Program-made: the position numbers and the translations under genes | Notes under the pieces: generated by a model | Told to the model about the DNA's origin: nothing | What the model saw: the letters and a program-made list of their open reading frames with translations, nothing else | The model's database searches: none | Part shown: piece after piece, positions 62,600-64,000 of the stretch | Layout: each line of letters begins with the position of its first letter | How positions within the stretch are numbered: the stretch's first letter is position 1 | From: Camelus ferus | Taxonomy: Eukaryota | Length of the DNA stretch: 64,000 nucleotides | NCBI RefSeq assembly: GCF_009834535.1 | Contig: NC_045697.1 | Coordinates: 3,784,001-3,848,000, forward strand | Reading direction: 5' to 3'

Positions 62600-64000
62600 A
62601 AGAGTAGACACGAACACAAAATTCAAAACGTACAGAAGAGTGTTACAGTCAAAGTAGGTCCCCCTTGCCCCAAGTTCACCCCCAAGTAGGTCCCCCTCTC
62701 AGAAGCAATTCTATGATTACTAGCTTCGTAAATTGCCTTCCTGATATAGTAACTGCGTTTACAAGCATGTGCATGTATCTTTATGCACGCAGAGCACACT
62801 GATACACAAATGGTTATTCAACTTGCTTTTTTAAGGTCTGCATTGTATTCAGGGATTTAACCAATTCTTTACTGCCAGGCATTTAGATGGTCTCCAATCT
62901 CTGTAACCAATCTTCTTTGTAATCTCCCAATCTTTCTCAATCAATACCCTTATACAGCCATCATTTTACCTACACACTAATTCATCTGTAGATAAATTCC
63001 TAGAAGTGGAAATGCTGGATCCAAAGTACCCTAACTGACTGAGTCATTCATTAGTTGTCTTGAAGCCGCCACAATCACAATCAAGACAGAGAACAGTGCT
63101 GTCGCCCCACCCCCAATCTCATTCACACTCTTCCCTGGTGCACCACTCCTGGCACCGCAGCTTTATCTTTTCAAATATGTCATGTAAATGAAAATCACAT
63201 GGCAGGTAACTTCTGGGACTGGAGTCCTACAGTCAGATAAGACCCCTGAGATGTGCCCAAGATTGTTAATATTGTGGATTACACTGACTGATTTTTCAAA
63301 TACTAAACCAGCTTTGCATTCTTGGGATAAGTGCCATGGAGTCATGCGGGGATTTTTTGGTTTTCTTTTTTGTTTTTCAAACGTGTTGCTGAACTCAAGT
63401 TGCTAATATTGTGTTGAGGATTTCATGTCTCTTCACAAGGGATACTGGTCTCCAATTTGCTTCTTTGTCCTGTACTTGTCTGGTTTTGGTATCAAGGTAA
63501 TACTAGTAATAAAACGGTAATAAATGAGCCAGAAAGTATCCCCCCTTTCCTAAAGTTGGTGTTATTTTTCTTTAAATATTTGGTAGAATTCATCAATGAA
63601 ACCCTCTCTGGGCCTGGAGACTGATTATCTGGAAGGTTTTTACATACAATTTCCATTTCATTAGGAAGTACAGGACAATGTGGGTTATCTACTGCGTCCT
63701 GGATGGGTTTTGGTGCTTTGTGATTTTTCAAGGAAATGGACCATCTTTACTAAGTTATCAAATTTCCGTACATGGAGTTATTCATGACATTCACTTATGA
63801 TCCTTTCCATTTCTGCAGGGTCTGTAGTGGTATCTCCTTTTCATTCCTCTTGTTGGTAATCTGGGTCTTTTTGTCAGTTTTGTTCGAGTCTGATTGATTC
63901 TGTTATCATTTCAGCTTTTGGTTTTACTGACTTAATTTTTCTGCTTTCAATTCAGTGAATTCAATTCTGTTCTTATGTGTATTATTTCCTTCCTTTTTCT
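62600..64000 (-). mobile_element. Degraded L1M fragments including ORF2 remnant (63240-64000)
   Basis: gtggattacactgactgattttt..aaaccagctttgcattcttgggataa..ttgctaatattgtgttgagga..gatactggtc..tctggttttggtatcaaggtaatact..tttggtagaattca..ctgggcctggag. Confidence 0.82.

Noticed and set aside
1..64000. CRISPR arrays, tRNA, rRNA, snRNA/7SK or snoRNA genes, prokaryotic systems
   Set aside because: Spliced mammalian locus; no repeat-spacer array and no RNA gene sequence recognised by eye. An Infernal/Rfam scan would be needed to exclude snoRNAs.

Overview
Mammalian (eutherian) genomic DNA, syntenic with the human 4p16.1 TADA2B-CCDC96(CFAP184)-TBC1D14 cluster. TADA2B (minus strand) has exon 1 CDS at 11243-11512 and exon 2 starting at 467 and running off the left edge. 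It shares a CpG-island bidirectional promoter with intronless CCDC96/CFAP184 (plus strand, 12158-13849, 563 aa). TBC1D14 (minus strand) has 11 coding exons from 50085 down to the stop at 22395, all with GT-AG boundaries and consistent phases, and a ~2.6 kb 3'UTR. An internal CpG-island first exon at ~56130 contributes only an ATG and gives a 413-aa short isoform; the long-isoform 5' exons were not found and presumably lie beyond the right edge. The rest is intron or intergenic DNA with ancient repeats (L1M, L2, MIR, MER2, MER5, MER20, MLT1), assigned by eye from remembered consensus sequences with approximate boundaries. I found no convincing wholly new biological system. The best leads are regulatory: a strong-Kozak uORF before the short TBC1D14 ATG, an in-frame alternative acceptor that would delete the TBC catalytic Gln, CGG repeats with an open non-AUG poly-Ala extension of TADA2B, an orphan intronic CpG promoter, a palindromic two-way polyA signal and clustered Pumilio sites.
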